A model generated the notes under the pieces. That model made no database searches and was not told the DNA's origin. It saw nothing but the letters and a program-made list of their open reading frames with translations. This document shows positions 10,543-20,686 of a DNA stretch of 64,000 bases, piece after piece. This DNA comes from an uncultured Clostridia bacterium (GTDB taxonomy: Bacteria; Bacillota; Clostridia; TANB77; CAG-508): assembly GCA_944393505.1 (NCBI GenBank), contig CALYAK010000005.1, positions 14,946 through 78,945 of the forward strand, given 5' to 3'. Positions within the stretch are counted from its first letter, which is position 1; each line of letters opens with the position of its first letter. The position numbers and the translations under genes are program-made.

Positions 10543-11664
10543 TTGATTAAGAGAACAAAGGAGGTAATTATGGTAGTTGATATGAAATATTTCGTAAGAG
10601 TTATCCGAAAACTAATACCGCTCATTTTATCCATTGTTGCCATTTATCTAGGGTTCCAATTAGCTGTTTTTTATTTGCCTTTTCTAATCGCTTTTATCTT
10701 ATCGATCTTAATTGAACCTGCCATTCGTTTCTTTATGAAAAAAACGCATTTAAAGAGAAAAACAAGTTCCATTATTGTATTTTTAATTGTTTTATCGATC
10801 TTAATTGGAATTATTACTTGGGCTATTATGTCCCTTGTATCAGAAGCTTCCAATTTGTTGGTTAACTTAAATCAATACTTTGAAAAGGGATCAGATTTTA
10901 TCAATAATCTTATGGCAAAGATTGATTTATCACGTTTCCAACTTTCAGATACTGTTGTTCAAACTTTGCAAAAAGCAGCAAATGATACTTTAGACCAAGT
11001 TTCGACATGGGCTAAAAATATCCTAATTCGAACAATTGATCAGGCATCCCAAATTCCATCAATTTTGATCTGTGTGGTCATTTCTTTTTTAGCCTTGTAC
11101 TTTATGTGCACGGACAAGGTATATATGATTGATCAACTTGAACACCATTTACCAAAGTTATGGGTGAAAAAACTAGGAATTCATATAAAGGCAATTTCAA
11201 AATCCTTAGGAGGGTATTTAAAAGCGGAATGTATTCTAATCTTCATATCCTTTGTAATTTCAATTATTGGACTTTATCTTTTTAAAATCATGGGATTCGG
11301 TGTTCGTTATCCGCTTTTGGCAGCACTTGGAATTGGGTTTGTTGATGCACTCCCAATTTTTGGATCTGGAACCGTTATGCTTCCATGGGCTGTTATATCT
11401 GCGTTTGATGGGAATTTATCCCTTGCTATTGCAATATTTGTACTATGGGTGATTATGTCCATTGTGCGTCAACTTTTAGAACCCAAATTAGTTAGTAAAC
11501 ATATTGGAATTCATCCGATTTTCACTTTAATTGCAATGTATACGGGATTTAAATTTATTGGTGTTATGGGATTATTATTAGGACCAATTGTTTTAATCAT
11601 CTTAAAAAACATCTATGCTACTCTATTAGAGCAGGGTGTAGCAAAAGCAATTTTTGAAAGGTAA
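10543..11664 (+). CDS. AI-2E (PerM) family transporter, YtvI-like sporulation integral membrane protein
   Basis: 373 aa polytopic membrane protein with an AI-2E-type C-terminal half (GFVDALPIFGSGTVMLPWA...HPIFTLIAMYTG). The true start may be an internal Met (10570 or 10585). Confidence 0.7.
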   Translation: MIKRTKEVIMVVDMKYFVRVIRKLIPLILSIVAIYLGFQLAVFYLPFLIAFILSILIEPAIRFFMKKTHLKRKTSSIIVFLIVLSILIGIITWAIMSLVSEASNLLVNLNQYFEKGSDFINNLMAKIDLSRFQLSDTVVQTLQKAANDTLDQVSTWAKNILIRTIDQASQIPSILICVVISFLALYFMCTDKVYMIDQLEHHLPKLWVKKLGIHIKAISKSLGGYLKAECILIFISFVISIIGLYLFKIMGFGVRYPLLAALGIGFVDALPIFGSGTVMLPWAVISAFDGNLSLAIAIFVLWVIMSIVRQLLEPKLVSKHIGIHPIFTLIAMYTGFKFIGVMGLLLGPIVLIILKNIYATLLEQGVAKAIFER

Positions 11665-11747
11665 AATTGCTTTTTTTCGATGTCTATGATATATTGACTT
11701 TTCTAATCCAAGGAAAAGTGAAAAATAGAGAACTAAGGAGAAAATAT

Positions 11748-12716
11748 ATGTTATGGGATTTTGTACTCATTCTACTAGGATTTGTATTTTTAATTAAAGG
11801 AGCCGATTTGTTGGTAAGAGCAGCTACCAGTATTGCTAAAAAGTTTGGTTTATCCGAGCTTCTAATTGGCTTAACCATTGTTGCGGTAGGAACATCTCTT
11901 CCAGAAATCTTTATTACAATTACTTCTGCAGTTGATGGCCATTCGGATTTAATTATCGGAAATGCAGTTGGAAGTTGTATTTGCAATTTTCTATTTGTGA
12001 TTGGAGTTACGAGTCTATTCAGACCAATTAAATTGGATAAACGAATTGTCAATCGCCATTTACCAATCGGAATTATTGCAATGATATTGCTTCTATTTTT
12101 TGGGAATACCAATCAATTAGGTGATGTTCATGTAATTACGAGAGGGCAGGGAGCTTTCCTAATTCTATGTATAATTCTCTATATTATTTATACAATTTTT
12201 GAAGAACAACAACTCAAAAACAAAAAAATCGATCAGGAAATTATTAATGATGTAAAAGACAAAGATAAGTATGCAACGCGTACGATTATAATTTATATGA
12301 TCCTTGGTATTCTTGGACTAAAATTTGGTTCTGATTTTGTTGTAGATCATTCATTAGAAATTGCAAGAACTTTTGGCTTATCAGAGCAATTCTTAGGAAT
12401 GACGATCATCGCAGTAGGAACCGCATTACCAGAAATTATAACGGGGATTATTGCAGCTCGAAAAAATGAAACAGATCTATTAATTGGAAATATTTCTGGT
12501 TCCAATATTTTGAACCTATGCTTGTTAATCGGTTTAGGTGCGATGATCCAACCACTTACTTTTTCGACTGAATTTAATAGCAGTATTCTCATATTGATTG
12601 CAACAACCGTATTTCTACAACTTGTAGCAACCATGAGTGAGAAAAATGAATTAGATAAAAAAAGAGGAATTTTGCTCATTGTGGTATATTTCATTTATCT
12701 CTTTAGTATCGCCTAA
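11748..12716 (+). CDS. Ca2+/Na+ antiporter (CaCA/YrbG family)
   Basis: Two alpha-repeat signatures (GTSLPEIFITI.. and GTALPEIITGI..). The start is moved to the ATG at 11748 (MLWDFVLILLG), which has an AAGGAG RBS. Confidence 0.8.
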   Translation: MLWDFVLILLGFVFLIKGADLLVRAATSIAKKFGLSELLIGLTIVAVGTSLPEIFITITSAVDGHSDLIIGNAVGSCICNFLFVIGVTSLFRPIKLDKRIVNRHLPIGIIAMILLLFFGNTNQLGDVHVITRGQGAFLILCIILYIIYTIFEEQQLKNKKIDQEIINDVKDKDKYATRTIIIYMILGILGLKFGSDFVVDHSLEIARTFGLSEQFLGMTIIAVGTALPEIITGIIAARKNETDLLIGNISGSNILNLCLLIGLGAMIQPLTFSTEFNSSILILIATTVFLQLVATMSEKNELDKKRGILLIVVYFIYLFSIA

Positions 12717-12861
12717 TCTCTCCTTTAAACCTCTCAAAAGTAGGGATTACTAGACTTTTAACCTGTTTTGTGGTATAATAAAAGATGACCGATATGGTTG
12801 TACTAATATTATAATGGCTCTTTTGAGCAAGTCCTAAAACAAGGGCGGAAAGGATTAGAAT

Positions 12862-13239
12862 ATGGATACCTATTGCTATCGGGAAATGATGGACAAAATC
12901 CGGGAAACCTCAAAGGATATCCGGATGATCGGCCTGTGGTTTCTCTTTGGAGAGAAAGTTGAGCTCTGCTCGGATTCTTCCGAAGAGAAGCATGACAAAG
13001 AGATGTTCGAGCAGCTTTTGATCCACGATCCTGCTGCAGCCCCGCTTTTCCGGGAGCTTTCGGACTATTCTCCGTGTGCTCAGCACATTCACTTCTACTA
13101 TTCGGAGACCAAGCCGGCTGCCGCTGATCAGATCAACCCTTTGCGCGATCAGAAGACTTTCGCAGTTGAGGGAAGCGAGTATTCCTTCCTTCTGACAAAA
13201 GAAGCGGACCGCACCACGAAGATCGTTTTCTGGAAGTGA
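12862..13239 (+). CDS. Hypothetical protein in a compositionally foreign (GC-rich) patch
   Basis: 125-aa ORF with G/C-ending codons (ccg, ctg, gag, aag, gcc), unlike all neighbours. GGAAAGGA RBS. An extended -10 (tgtggtataat) lies ~85 nt upstream and a strong hairpin lies downstream. No family recognised. Confidence 0.5.
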   Translation: MDTYCYREMMDKIRETSKDIRMIGLWFLFGEKVELCSDSSEEKHDKEMFEQLLIHDPAAAPLFRELSDYSPCAQHIHFYYSETKPAAADQINPLRDQKTFAVEGSEYSFLLTKEADRTTKIVFWK

Positions 13240-13266
13240 TTCCATTTCGCAAACTAATCCAAGCAA

Positions 13267-13304
13267 GAGAAAACTCCAATCCCGAATGGGAGAGGAGTTT
13301 TCTC
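13267..13304. terminator. Hairpin between convergent genes
   Basis: 11-bp arms gagaaaactcc (13267-13277) and ggagttttctc (13294-13304), followed by ttt. Confidence 0.55.
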
Positions 13305-13325
13305 TTTGTCTGTTCTTTTGACTTT

Positions 13326-13871
13326 TTAAAGAATCGTAGAAGTTGGGATAAGATCATCGGTAGGAGGATAAACATATTCATCATTTGGTTTTTCTGCCTC
13401 TTGGATAGCAGTAATCTTTAAAACTGGTATTTCTCCATGATAGTCTCCTTTTACAATGGTTCCTTCTACTTCTACCCAGTTAAAATCCTTAAATTTATAG
13501 GCTATATCAGATTCACACAAAAATCCAACAACAACCGTCTGAAAATCAGAACTAATGACCATATTTCGTGCTAGTACAAAATTCTTTTCATTAAAATCTG
13601 ATAAACGATAGACATAACCGGTGAAGTGAATTTTTTGTCCAATATACTCATCTAAATGATCATGAACGATTTTTAAAACATCAGTATAATTATCACTCGT
13701 TACTTCACACATAGAATCGTCGGTACAAGTATCTCCATTTACAAAAAATAGATCAGTATGAAAAAATTTCGTACAAACAAAAATGAGGAGAATTGCAAGA
13801 AGTATAATGCCAATCGTAAATCCAATTCTTTTTAATCGTTTCGAGTTAATTTTTAAGTTACAGATAAACAT
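13326..13871 (-). CDS. Membrane-anchored hypothetical protein (possibly the DUF1980/TIGR03943 C-terminal type)
   Basis: 181 aa. Single N-terminal TM helix (IGFTIGIILLAILLIFVC). The family assignment is only a weak resemblance. Confidence 0.4.
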   Translation of the reverse strand: MFICNLKINSKRLKRIGFTIGIILLAILLIFVCTKFFHTDLFFVNGDTCTDDSMCEVTSDNYTDVLKIVHDHLDEYIGQKIHFTGYVYRLSDFNEKNFVLARNMVISSDFQTVVVGFLCESDIAYKFKDFNWVEVEGTIVKGDYHGEIPVLKITAIQEAEKPNDEYVYPPTDDLIPTSTIL

Positions 13872-14060
13872 AAAAAACCTCTTTTCTCTAATCGTTTTCT
13901 TAAGATTAATACATTCTATGAAGGCAATCCTAGATTATTCCAAGAAAGGGGAAGAGGAAGAGGAGATTTTTGGAAATGATTCGAAAAATTTTCTTGAAAA
14001 ACAAGAGATATCGTGATATAGTACAAGAGAAATATTTTACAGAAAGAAGGAGCCAAACAA

Positions 14061-16817
14061 ATGGGAAAATTTTTTAAGACATACAGTGAGCGAGAAGTAA
14101 AACGTGTTATGCCAATCATCCAAAAAATCAATAGTTTAGAAGAAGAAATATCCAAATTATCGGATGAAGAATTAAGAGGAAAAACAATAGAATTCCGAAA
14201 AGAATTGAAAGATGGCAAAACACTAGATGATATATTACCAGAAGCTTTCGCCGTTGTGCGTGAAGCTTCCAAAAGAGTAATAGGCTTAAGACACTTTGAT
14301 GTACAATTAATTGGTGGTATTGTTTTACATCAAGGTAGAATTGCCGAGATGAAAACAGGTGAAGGAAAGACTTTAGTTGCAACCCTTCCAGTTTATCTAA
14401 ATGCTCTTACTGGAGAAGGTGTTCATGTTATTACGGTTAATGATTACTTAGCTAAGAGAGATAGCGAATGGATGGGAAAAGTCTATCGTTTCTTAGGCTT
14501 AACCGTTGGTCTTGTTATCAGTGGTATGAATCCAAAACAAAAACAAGAAGCATATAACTGTGATGTTACCTATGGTACCAACAATGAATTTGGATTCGAT
14601 TATTTAAGAGACAATATGGTTATTTATAAAAATCAATTAGTACAAAGAAAATTGCATTATGCAATTGTGGACGAGATTGATAGTATTTTAATCGACGAGG
14701 CTCGTACACCATTAATTATCTCTGGACGAGCAAATAAATCTTCCGATTTATACAAAAAAGCAGATTCTTTTGTTCGTAAATTAACACCAAAAGTAATTGT
14801 AGAAGAAAATGTAAAGGATTTCGAACAAGCAGAAAGCTTAGAGGAATATGATTATGTTGTTGATTTAAAAGCTAAATCTGCAACTTTAACACAAAAAGGT
14901 ATTAAAAAAGCAGAACAAGAATTTAAATTGGAAAATTTCAATGATATTGAAAACTCAGAATTAGTTCACAATGTAAATCAAGCATTACGTGCACATGGTA
15001 TCATGAAAAAAGATATCGACTATATTGTAAAAGATGGAGAAGTCTTAATTGTTGATGAATTCACTGGAAGAATTATGGTTGGTAGACGATATAATAATGG
15101 ATTACACCAAGCAATTGAAGCAAAAGAACATGTTCATATTGCAGATGAATCGAAAACACTTGCTACCATAACATTCCAGAACTATTTCCGTATGTATGAA
15201 AAATTATCTGGTATGACTGGTACTGCTATGACAGAAGAAGCAGAATTCGAAGAAATCTATAAATTAGATGTAATTGAAATTCCAACCAACAAACCAATGA
15301 TCCGTGACGATCAAGCAGATACGATCTATAAAAATGAAGCAGCAAAATATCGTGCAATCATTAAAGACGTAAAAGCTTGTCACGAAAAAGGTCAACCAGT
15401 CTTAGTTGGTACCGTTTCGATTGAAAAATCAGAAAAGTTAAGTTCTCTTTTGAAAAAAGAAGGAATTAATCATGAAGTATTAAATGCTAAGAACCACGAA
15501 AAAGAAGCTGAAATTGTTGCACAAGCTGGTAAATTTGGTGCTGTTACGATTGCAACCAACATGGCTGGACGTGGTACCGATATTATGCTAGGTGGTAACG
15601 CAGAATATTTAGCAAAACAAGAAATGAGAAAGCTAAAATATTCGCAAGAACTAATTGAGCAAGCAACAGCTTTTAATGAGACAGATGATATGGAAATTTT
15701 AGATGCTCGTGCAAAATTTAAAGAATTAGAAGCAAAATTCAATGAAAAAATCCAAGAAGAAAAGCAAAAAGTAATTGATGCTGGTGGACTAAGAATTATT
15801 GGTACAGAAAGACACGAATCTCGAAGAATCGATAACCAATTGAGAGGTAGAAGTGGGCGTCAAGGAGATCCAGGAAGTTCTGAATTCTATATTGGATTAG
15901 ATGATGATTTGATGAAAATCTTCGGAGGAGATGCGATTACTCGAGTATATAACACTTTAGGTGCAGATGAAGATATGCCACTTTCTGCTAAAATGCTTTC
16001 GAAATCAGTAGAAGCTGCCCAAAGAAAAATTGAAAGTAGAAACTTTAGTATTCGTAAACATGTCCTACAATATGATGATGTTATGAATTCCCAAAGAGAA
16101 ATTATCTATGCAGAAAGAAGACAAGTTCTAGATGGAGAAGATTTAAAAGATAAAATCAAGAATATGGTAGATTATGTTGTCGAACAAATTGTTTCTTCTC
16201 ATGTAGAACCAGATGGCAATTTAAATACGGAAACTTTAGCAGAAGATGTAAGTGCAACTTTAGGAATAATTGATGCAAAAACATTATTAAAAGAAAAAAC
16301 AAAACCAGAAACAGCAATGGAAACTTTAAAAGAAAAAGCTCATCAAATTTATGAAGATAAAGAAAAAGAATTTGGTGAACAAGACATGCGTGAACTTGAA
16401 AGAGTTGTTATGTTAAAAATCGTAGATCAACGTTGGATGGATCACATTGATAGCATGGACGAATTAAAAGATGGTATTGGTCTTCGTGCTTATGGACAAA
16501 AAGATCCAGTTGTTCAATATCGTTTAGAAGGTTTTGATATGTTTGACCAAATGATTCATGACATTAAATTTGATGTTGTTCGCTTTATGCTAAATGCAAG
16601 AAAAAGAGAAGGCGGAATCGAACGTACAGAAACCGCAAAAGTTACCAATGCAGCATTAGAAGATACAGCAATCAATTTAGTAGATGGAAATATTTCTGAA
16701 AAAGAAGGTGGAATGAAGAAGACAATTGTTAATCAAGAACCAAAGATTGGAAGAAATGATCCTTGTCCATGTGGTTCAGGAAAGAAATATAAGAATTGTT
16801 GTGGAAAGAACGCATAG
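14061..16817 (+). CDS. secA: Preprotein translocase ATPase SecA
   Basis: 918 aa. MKTGEGKTL Walker A, DEID/DEAR motifs, [10 protein letters not shown], and a C-terminal zinc-binding tail [17 protein letters not shown]. Confidence 0.97.
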   Translation: MGKFFKTYSEREVKRVMPIIQKINSLEEEISKLSDEELRGKTIEFRKELKDGKTLDDILPEAFAVVREASKRVIGLRHFDVQLIGGIVLHQGRIAEMKTGEGKTLVATLPVYLNALTGEGVHVITVNDYLAKRDSEWMGKVYRFLGLTVGLVISGMNPKQKQEAYNCDVTYGTNNEFGFDYLRDNMVIYKNQLVQRKLHYAIVDEIDSILIDEARTPLIISGRANKSSDLYKKADSFVRKLTPKVIVEENVKDFEQAESLEEYDYVVDLKAKSATLTQKGIKKAEQEFKLENFNDIENSELVHNVNQALRAHGIMKKDIDYIVKDGEVLIVDEFTGRIMVGRRYNNGLHQAIEAKEHVHIADESKTLATITFQNYFRMYEKLSGMTGTAMTEEAEFEEIYKLDVIEIPTNKPMIRDDQADTIYKNEAAKYRAIIKDVKACHEKGQPVLVGTVSIEKSEKLSSLLKKEGINHEVLNAKNHEKEAEIVAQAGKFGAVTIATNMAGRGTDIMLGGNAEYLAKQEMRKLKYSQELIEQATAFNETDDMEILDARAKFKELEAKFNEKIQEEKQKVIDAGGLRIIGTERHESRRIDNQLRGRSGRQGDPGSSEFYIGLDDDLMKIFGGDAITRVYNTLGADEDMPLSAKMLSKSVEAAQRKIESRNFSIRKHVLQYDDVMNSQREIIYAERRQVLDGEDLKDKIKNMVDYVVEQIVSSHVEPDGNLNTETLAEDVSATLGIIDAKTLLKEKTKPETAMETLKEKAHQIYEDKEKEFGEQDMRELERVVMLKIVDQRWMDHIDSMDELKDGIGLRAYGQKDPVVQYRLEGFDMFDQMIHDIKFDVVRFMLNARKREGGIERTETAKVTNAALEDTAINLVDGNISEKEGGMKKTIVNQEPKIGRNDPCPCGSGKKYKNCCGKNA
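16768..16806 (+). repeat. Direct repeat copy 1 (inside the secA 3' end): catgtggttcaggaaagaaatataagaattgttgtggaa
   Basis: 39/39 nt identical to 20687-20725. Confidence 0.95.
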
Positions 16818-16915
16818 CACCTGCGTTTAAAGCATTTTACAAAAATCGAAAATTTGGTGACAAAATTAGGTTGTCACTCAAACTTAAATAAAGAATTTAT
16901 AAAAGCTTAAAATTA

Positions 16916-16955
16916 AAGAAGTGTAACCTAAATAAAATGGGTGACACTTCTTTTT
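16916..16955 (+). terminator. Rho-independent terminator about 100 nt after the secA stop, lying inside the islet
   Basis: Arms aagaagtgt (16916-16924) and acacttctt (16944-16952), then a T run. Confidence 0.6.
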
Positions 16956-17007
16956 ATATTAAATTTATAAATGAGATAATTAAAAAATATTGTTGGGAGA
17001 AATTATA

Positions 17008-18441
17008 ATGGACATAAATGATGAAGCTAATAAGTTTAAAGAAATATTTGAAAATGTGGTAAGGGATGGATTAAAAAAGGCAAAGATAAATATTGAAAAT
17101 GGATCATCTATAGATCAATTTTATGAATATCCAATTTACGAAAGTGATTTTGAAAAAAGCAAAATGCCAAATTTTCGTACAACATTTCTTTCGTTCTTGA
17201 ACGATAATGTGGAATATAGAGACTATTCAAGCTTATTTAGAAAATATGTAACAAAAAAAGATGAAAAAATAGATATTGGAAATTTAAACGGAATAAATAA
17301 GTTTATATCTCTTGTTGAAGATAATACAAAATTAAAAGAAATGTTTTACATTAGAGAGTCTGATTTAAAATATTCTTTTTTGTATATGTTTATATCAGAC
17401 TTCATTGGAAAGTATATTTACAAATATGGGACAAGATATAACAAATCAAATTATAATAAACTACTGTCTCCAGTATTAAATTGTTTATATTCAGAACAAA
17501 TAAAATTAAATATAATTGTTCCTATTTTATTATTGCAGTTTGAACAGAATTCATATAAAATAAACGAAAATACAAAAATTATTAAAATGAACAAAGAAAT
17601 ACAACTTTCACGATACAAGATCGGAACAGATAGAGGGACATTTGAAAAGATTGTAAAAGGTTGTGCAACTCACGCCCTTGCTTTAGATGGCTACACACTA
17701 CAATACCCATCAAATAATTATTGGAATATTACAGATGCACTAAGCAGATATAATTCTTTTCCTTTATTCATAATAAATAGTTTTTTTATTTCATTGTTTC
17801 TTGAAACAGGTATATATAATGGATATGAACAAGTTATTGCAATACCAAAAAACTGGATGTTGTATATTCCAGAAGGCAACTTAATTGAAATGCATGGTAC
17901 AACTGTCAATATGTATCCAATATACTTAGAGAAAGGAACTTGGAATAATGAAGTACCAAAAATAAGTATAGTACAATTAAAAAAAGTTAAAAAAATATTT
18001 AATAATGTTATTAATTGTAATAACAAACAAATTGAGATGGCAATAGATAGGTTGATTAGAGCATTAGTTAGAGATAATAAGGAAGATGCTTTTTTAGATA
18101 TTTTAATAGGAATTGAAATATTATTGACTGATAATGAAAAAACAGAAGTAACATATAAATTAGCAATAAGAATATCATTCATTATGAATAGGTTAAATAA
18201 AGACATTGATTACAGAAAAGTGCTAAAAGATTTATATGCATATAGGTCGGCAATTGTGCATGGAAGTATAAATAAACAGAAATTTTCTTATTCAAAATAT
18301 TTAAATAAAAGTTGTTATAATATTGCATTAGATATTTTTAGTAAAATTTTAAAAGAAATAATATTAGACAATAAATTAATAACTAGTAAAAATATCCCTC
18401 TAGAGATTGACAATATGATAATTAATAGTTTCGTTAAATAG
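17008..18441 (+). CDS. Apea-like HEPN domain protein (predicted RNase), islet gene A
   Basis: ATG at 17008 with a GGGAG RBS (the track ORF begins at a TTG at 16990). The C-terminal ~130 aa read ..AFLDILIGIEILLTDNEKTEVTYKLAIRISFIMNR...LKDLYAYRSAIVHGS, with Rx4H (R codon 18244-18246, H codon 18259-18261). The N-terminal ~340 aa are unrecognised. Confidence 0.6.
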   Translation: MDINDEANKFKEIFENVVRDGLKKAKINIENGSSIDQFYEYPIYESDFEKSKMPNFRTTFLSFLNDNVEYRDYSSLFRKYVTKKDEKIDIGNLNGINKFISLVEDNTKLKEMFYIRESDLKYSFLYMFISDFIGKYIYKYGTRYNKSNYNKLLSPVLNCLYSEQIKLNIIVPILLLQFEQNSYKINENTKIIKMNKEIQLSRYKIGTDRGTFEKIVKGCATHALALDGYTLQYPSNNYWNITDALSRYNSFPLFIINSFFISLFLETGIYNGYEQVIAIPKNWMLYIPEGNLIEMHGTTVNMYPIYLEKGTWNNEVPKISIVQLKKVKKIFNNVINCNNKQIEMAIDRLIRALVRDNKEDAFLDILIGIEILLTDNEKTEVTYKLAIRISFIMNRLNKDIDYRKVLKDLYAYRSAIVHGSINKQKFSYSKYLNKSCYNIALDIFSKILKEIILDNKLITSKNIPLEIDNMIINSFVK

Positions 18442-18490
18442 AATTAATAGAGAGAAAAATGATATTTTATTTGATAAGAGGAGTCAAATT

Positions 18491-20428
18491 ATGAGCAATG
18501 AGTATAAACAAATAACAATATTTGAAGAAGACTATATTCAAAGGACTACTGGAACGGTTACCCAAAAACCAGATAATGCACTAACCGAACTTATAGCTAA
18601 TTCCTGGGATGCTGGTGCAAAACTAGTAGAGATTACAATTCCGTTAAAAGAGCATGAAAAGTTGATAATCCAAGACGATGGAATAGGAATGTCAGAAGCA
18701 GAATTTAGTCAAAGATGGTTAACTTTAAGCTATAATAGAGTAAAAAATCAAGGAATCGATGTTGAATTTCCTCCAGAAGTAAAAGACATAAAACGAAAAG
18801 CTTATGGGCGAAATGGAATAGGAAGACATAGTATGTTTTGTTTTTCTACTTCTTACCATATAGATACATGGAAAAATGGAGAATGCTTTAGTTGTGACGT
18901 GGATTTATCATCTGGATCAACTCCTTTTAAAATATACAATGTAAAGAAAACAAAAAAAGAAGGACATGGAACAAAACTTTCAACATTTGTGACTCAAAAT
19001 TTGCCAGATGTAAAAACGATTACAGATGTATTATCTGCAAGGTATTTGTTTGATCCAAGTTTCATTGTAAAAATAAACAATGTTATAATAGATTTATCTA
19101 ATCATAGTGGCTTACAGAAACAGGAAGAGATTGTACTGAGCAACGGAATAAAGTTAAAAATTTATATAATTGATTCTAATAAAACAGCTAAAAAGTCAGT
19201 TTATCATGGCATTGCTTTTTGGGTAGGTAAAAGATTAGTAGGTGAACCATCTTGGGAACTAGGTGATAGGATGATAAGAGATGGCAGAACTCAAATGGCT
19301 AAAAGATATACTGTGATTGTGCAAACAGATGATATGTATGATGATGTATTACCTGACTGGACAGCATTTAAAAAGAATGATAGAACTAAAGAACTATTTG
19401 AAAAAGTTGCTATATATGTGAATAATTATATAAGAGAAATTAGTAAAGAAAAAAGGCAAGAAACAAAATTAGAAATCGTTAGAAATAGAATTAATGAAAT
19501 TAAAGAATTGAATAAATCCTCTCAAAGTGAAGTGGCAGAATTTATAGATAATATTGTGGAAGAACAACCAGATTTATCTATAGAAACAGTTGATTTAGTA
19601 GTAGAAACCATGATTAATATTCAAAAAGCAAGAACTGGACAAGATTTATTAGAAAAATTGTCAAAATTCTCTGAAGATGATATAGAAACATTAAATAATA
19701 TTCTTGAAAGTTGGAATGTAAAAGATATACAATTAACATTAGACACAATAGATAAAAGGGTTTTAGTTGTAGAAGCAATAGAAAGGTTATGCTCTGATAG
19801 GCATACGGATGAACTTCATACGTTACATCCACTTGTTGCACAAGCTAAATGGTTATTTGGACCAGAATATGATTCGGAAATGTATACATATAATAAGCGA
19901 CTAAGTACTATTGTAAAAGAAGTTTTTAAAAGTATAAAATACAAAGAACTTGAGGAACCAAATAAAAGACCAGATTTAGTAATATTTGAAGAATCCGTAA
20001 TTGCTCCATATGGTTTTGAAGATTGGAATGACGAAATAAGTTTAAATGAATATAGAAAAATATTAATAATTGAATTGAAAAAAGGATTTTTTACAATAGA
20101 ACAAAATGAAATAAATCAGGCTATGACATATGTTAATGCATTATATAATTCTTCTTCATTGCCTTCTAAACCTACAATTTATGCATATGTTGTAGGGGAT
20201 AAAGTGTCTAATAATATTTCTAGAAATGTTAAAATGGATGAGACAAAACAAATATGTGCATGTACTTATTTAGAATTAGTAAGTACAGCTAAGAAGAGGT
20301 TATTCAAATTAAGAGAAACATTAAATGAGAGATACGAAAAAATGTCTACGGAAAGTATTGTAGATAAAGTTTTAAAAGAACCAAAACAATTAGAAATAAC
20401 AAAGAATAATTTAAAAGAAAGAGATTAA
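18491..20428 (+). CDS. GHKL (HATPase_c_3/MORC-like) ATPase fused to a PD-(D/E)xK, Shedu/DUF4263-like nuclease domain, islet gene B
   Basis: 645 aa with a GAGGAG RBS. Bergerat-fold motifs: ELIANSWDAGA (N box), DDGIGMS (G1) and YGRNGIGRHS (G2). The central region is helical and charged. The C-terminus has LHPLVAQAKWLFGPEY..KRPDLVIFEE..ILIIELKKG..QAMTYV (D495, E528, K530). Confidence 0.65.
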   Translation: MSNEYKQITIFEEDYIQRTTGTVTQKPDNALTELIANSWDAGAKLVEITIPLKEHEKLIIQDDGIGMSEAEFSQRWLTLSYNRVKNQGIDVEFPPEVKDIKRKAYGRNGIGRHSMFCFSTSYHIDTWKNGECFSCDVDLSSGSTPFKIYNVKKTKKEGHGTKLSTFVTQNLPDVKTITDVLSARYLFDPSFIVKINNVIIDLSNHSGLQKQEEIVLSNGIKLKIYIIDSNKTAKKSVYHGIAFWVGKRLVGEPSWELGDRMIRDGRTQMAKRYTVIVQTDDMYDDVLPDWTAFKKNDRTKELFEKVAIYVNNYIREISKEKRQETKLEIVRNRINEIKELNKSSQSEVAEFIDNIVEEQPDLSIETVDLVVETMINIQKARTGQDLLEKLSKFSEDDIETLNNILESWNVKDIQLTLDTIDKRVLVVEAIERLCSDRHTDELHTLHPLVAQAKWLFGPEYDSEMYTYNKRLSTIVKEVFKSIKYKELEEPNKRPDLVIFEESVIAPYGFEDWNDEISLNEYRKILIIELKKGFFTIEQNEINQAMTYVNALYNSSSLPSKPTIYAYVVGDKVSNNISRNVKMDETKQICACTYLELVSTAKKRLFKLRETLNERYEKMSTESIVDKVLKEPKQLEITKNNLKERD

Positions 20429-20686
20429 ATTGACAAATATTATTTTACATGATAACATTATTTTGTAAAATGTAATAAGTTTTGCTTATTTAGTTGTTTT
20501 ACAAAAAAATGGTAAATAAAAATATGTTGGCGACATTGTTGCCAATTTGTTGCTACAATATAAAAAAAGATAATTAGTATAATACAATAAATACTATATG
20601 TACCTTTTTATATAAATTCTTTAAATTAAGAAATACTAATAATATAGATAATATTGTATATACTAATAATACTTAGCTTTCCACTA

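Noticed and set aside
20429-20445. attgacaaatat shared between the end of islet gene B (20429) and the RhuM-Doc promoter (28386)
   Set aside because: A 12-nt match in AT-rich DNA that contains the generic TTGACA hexamer is likely coincidence.
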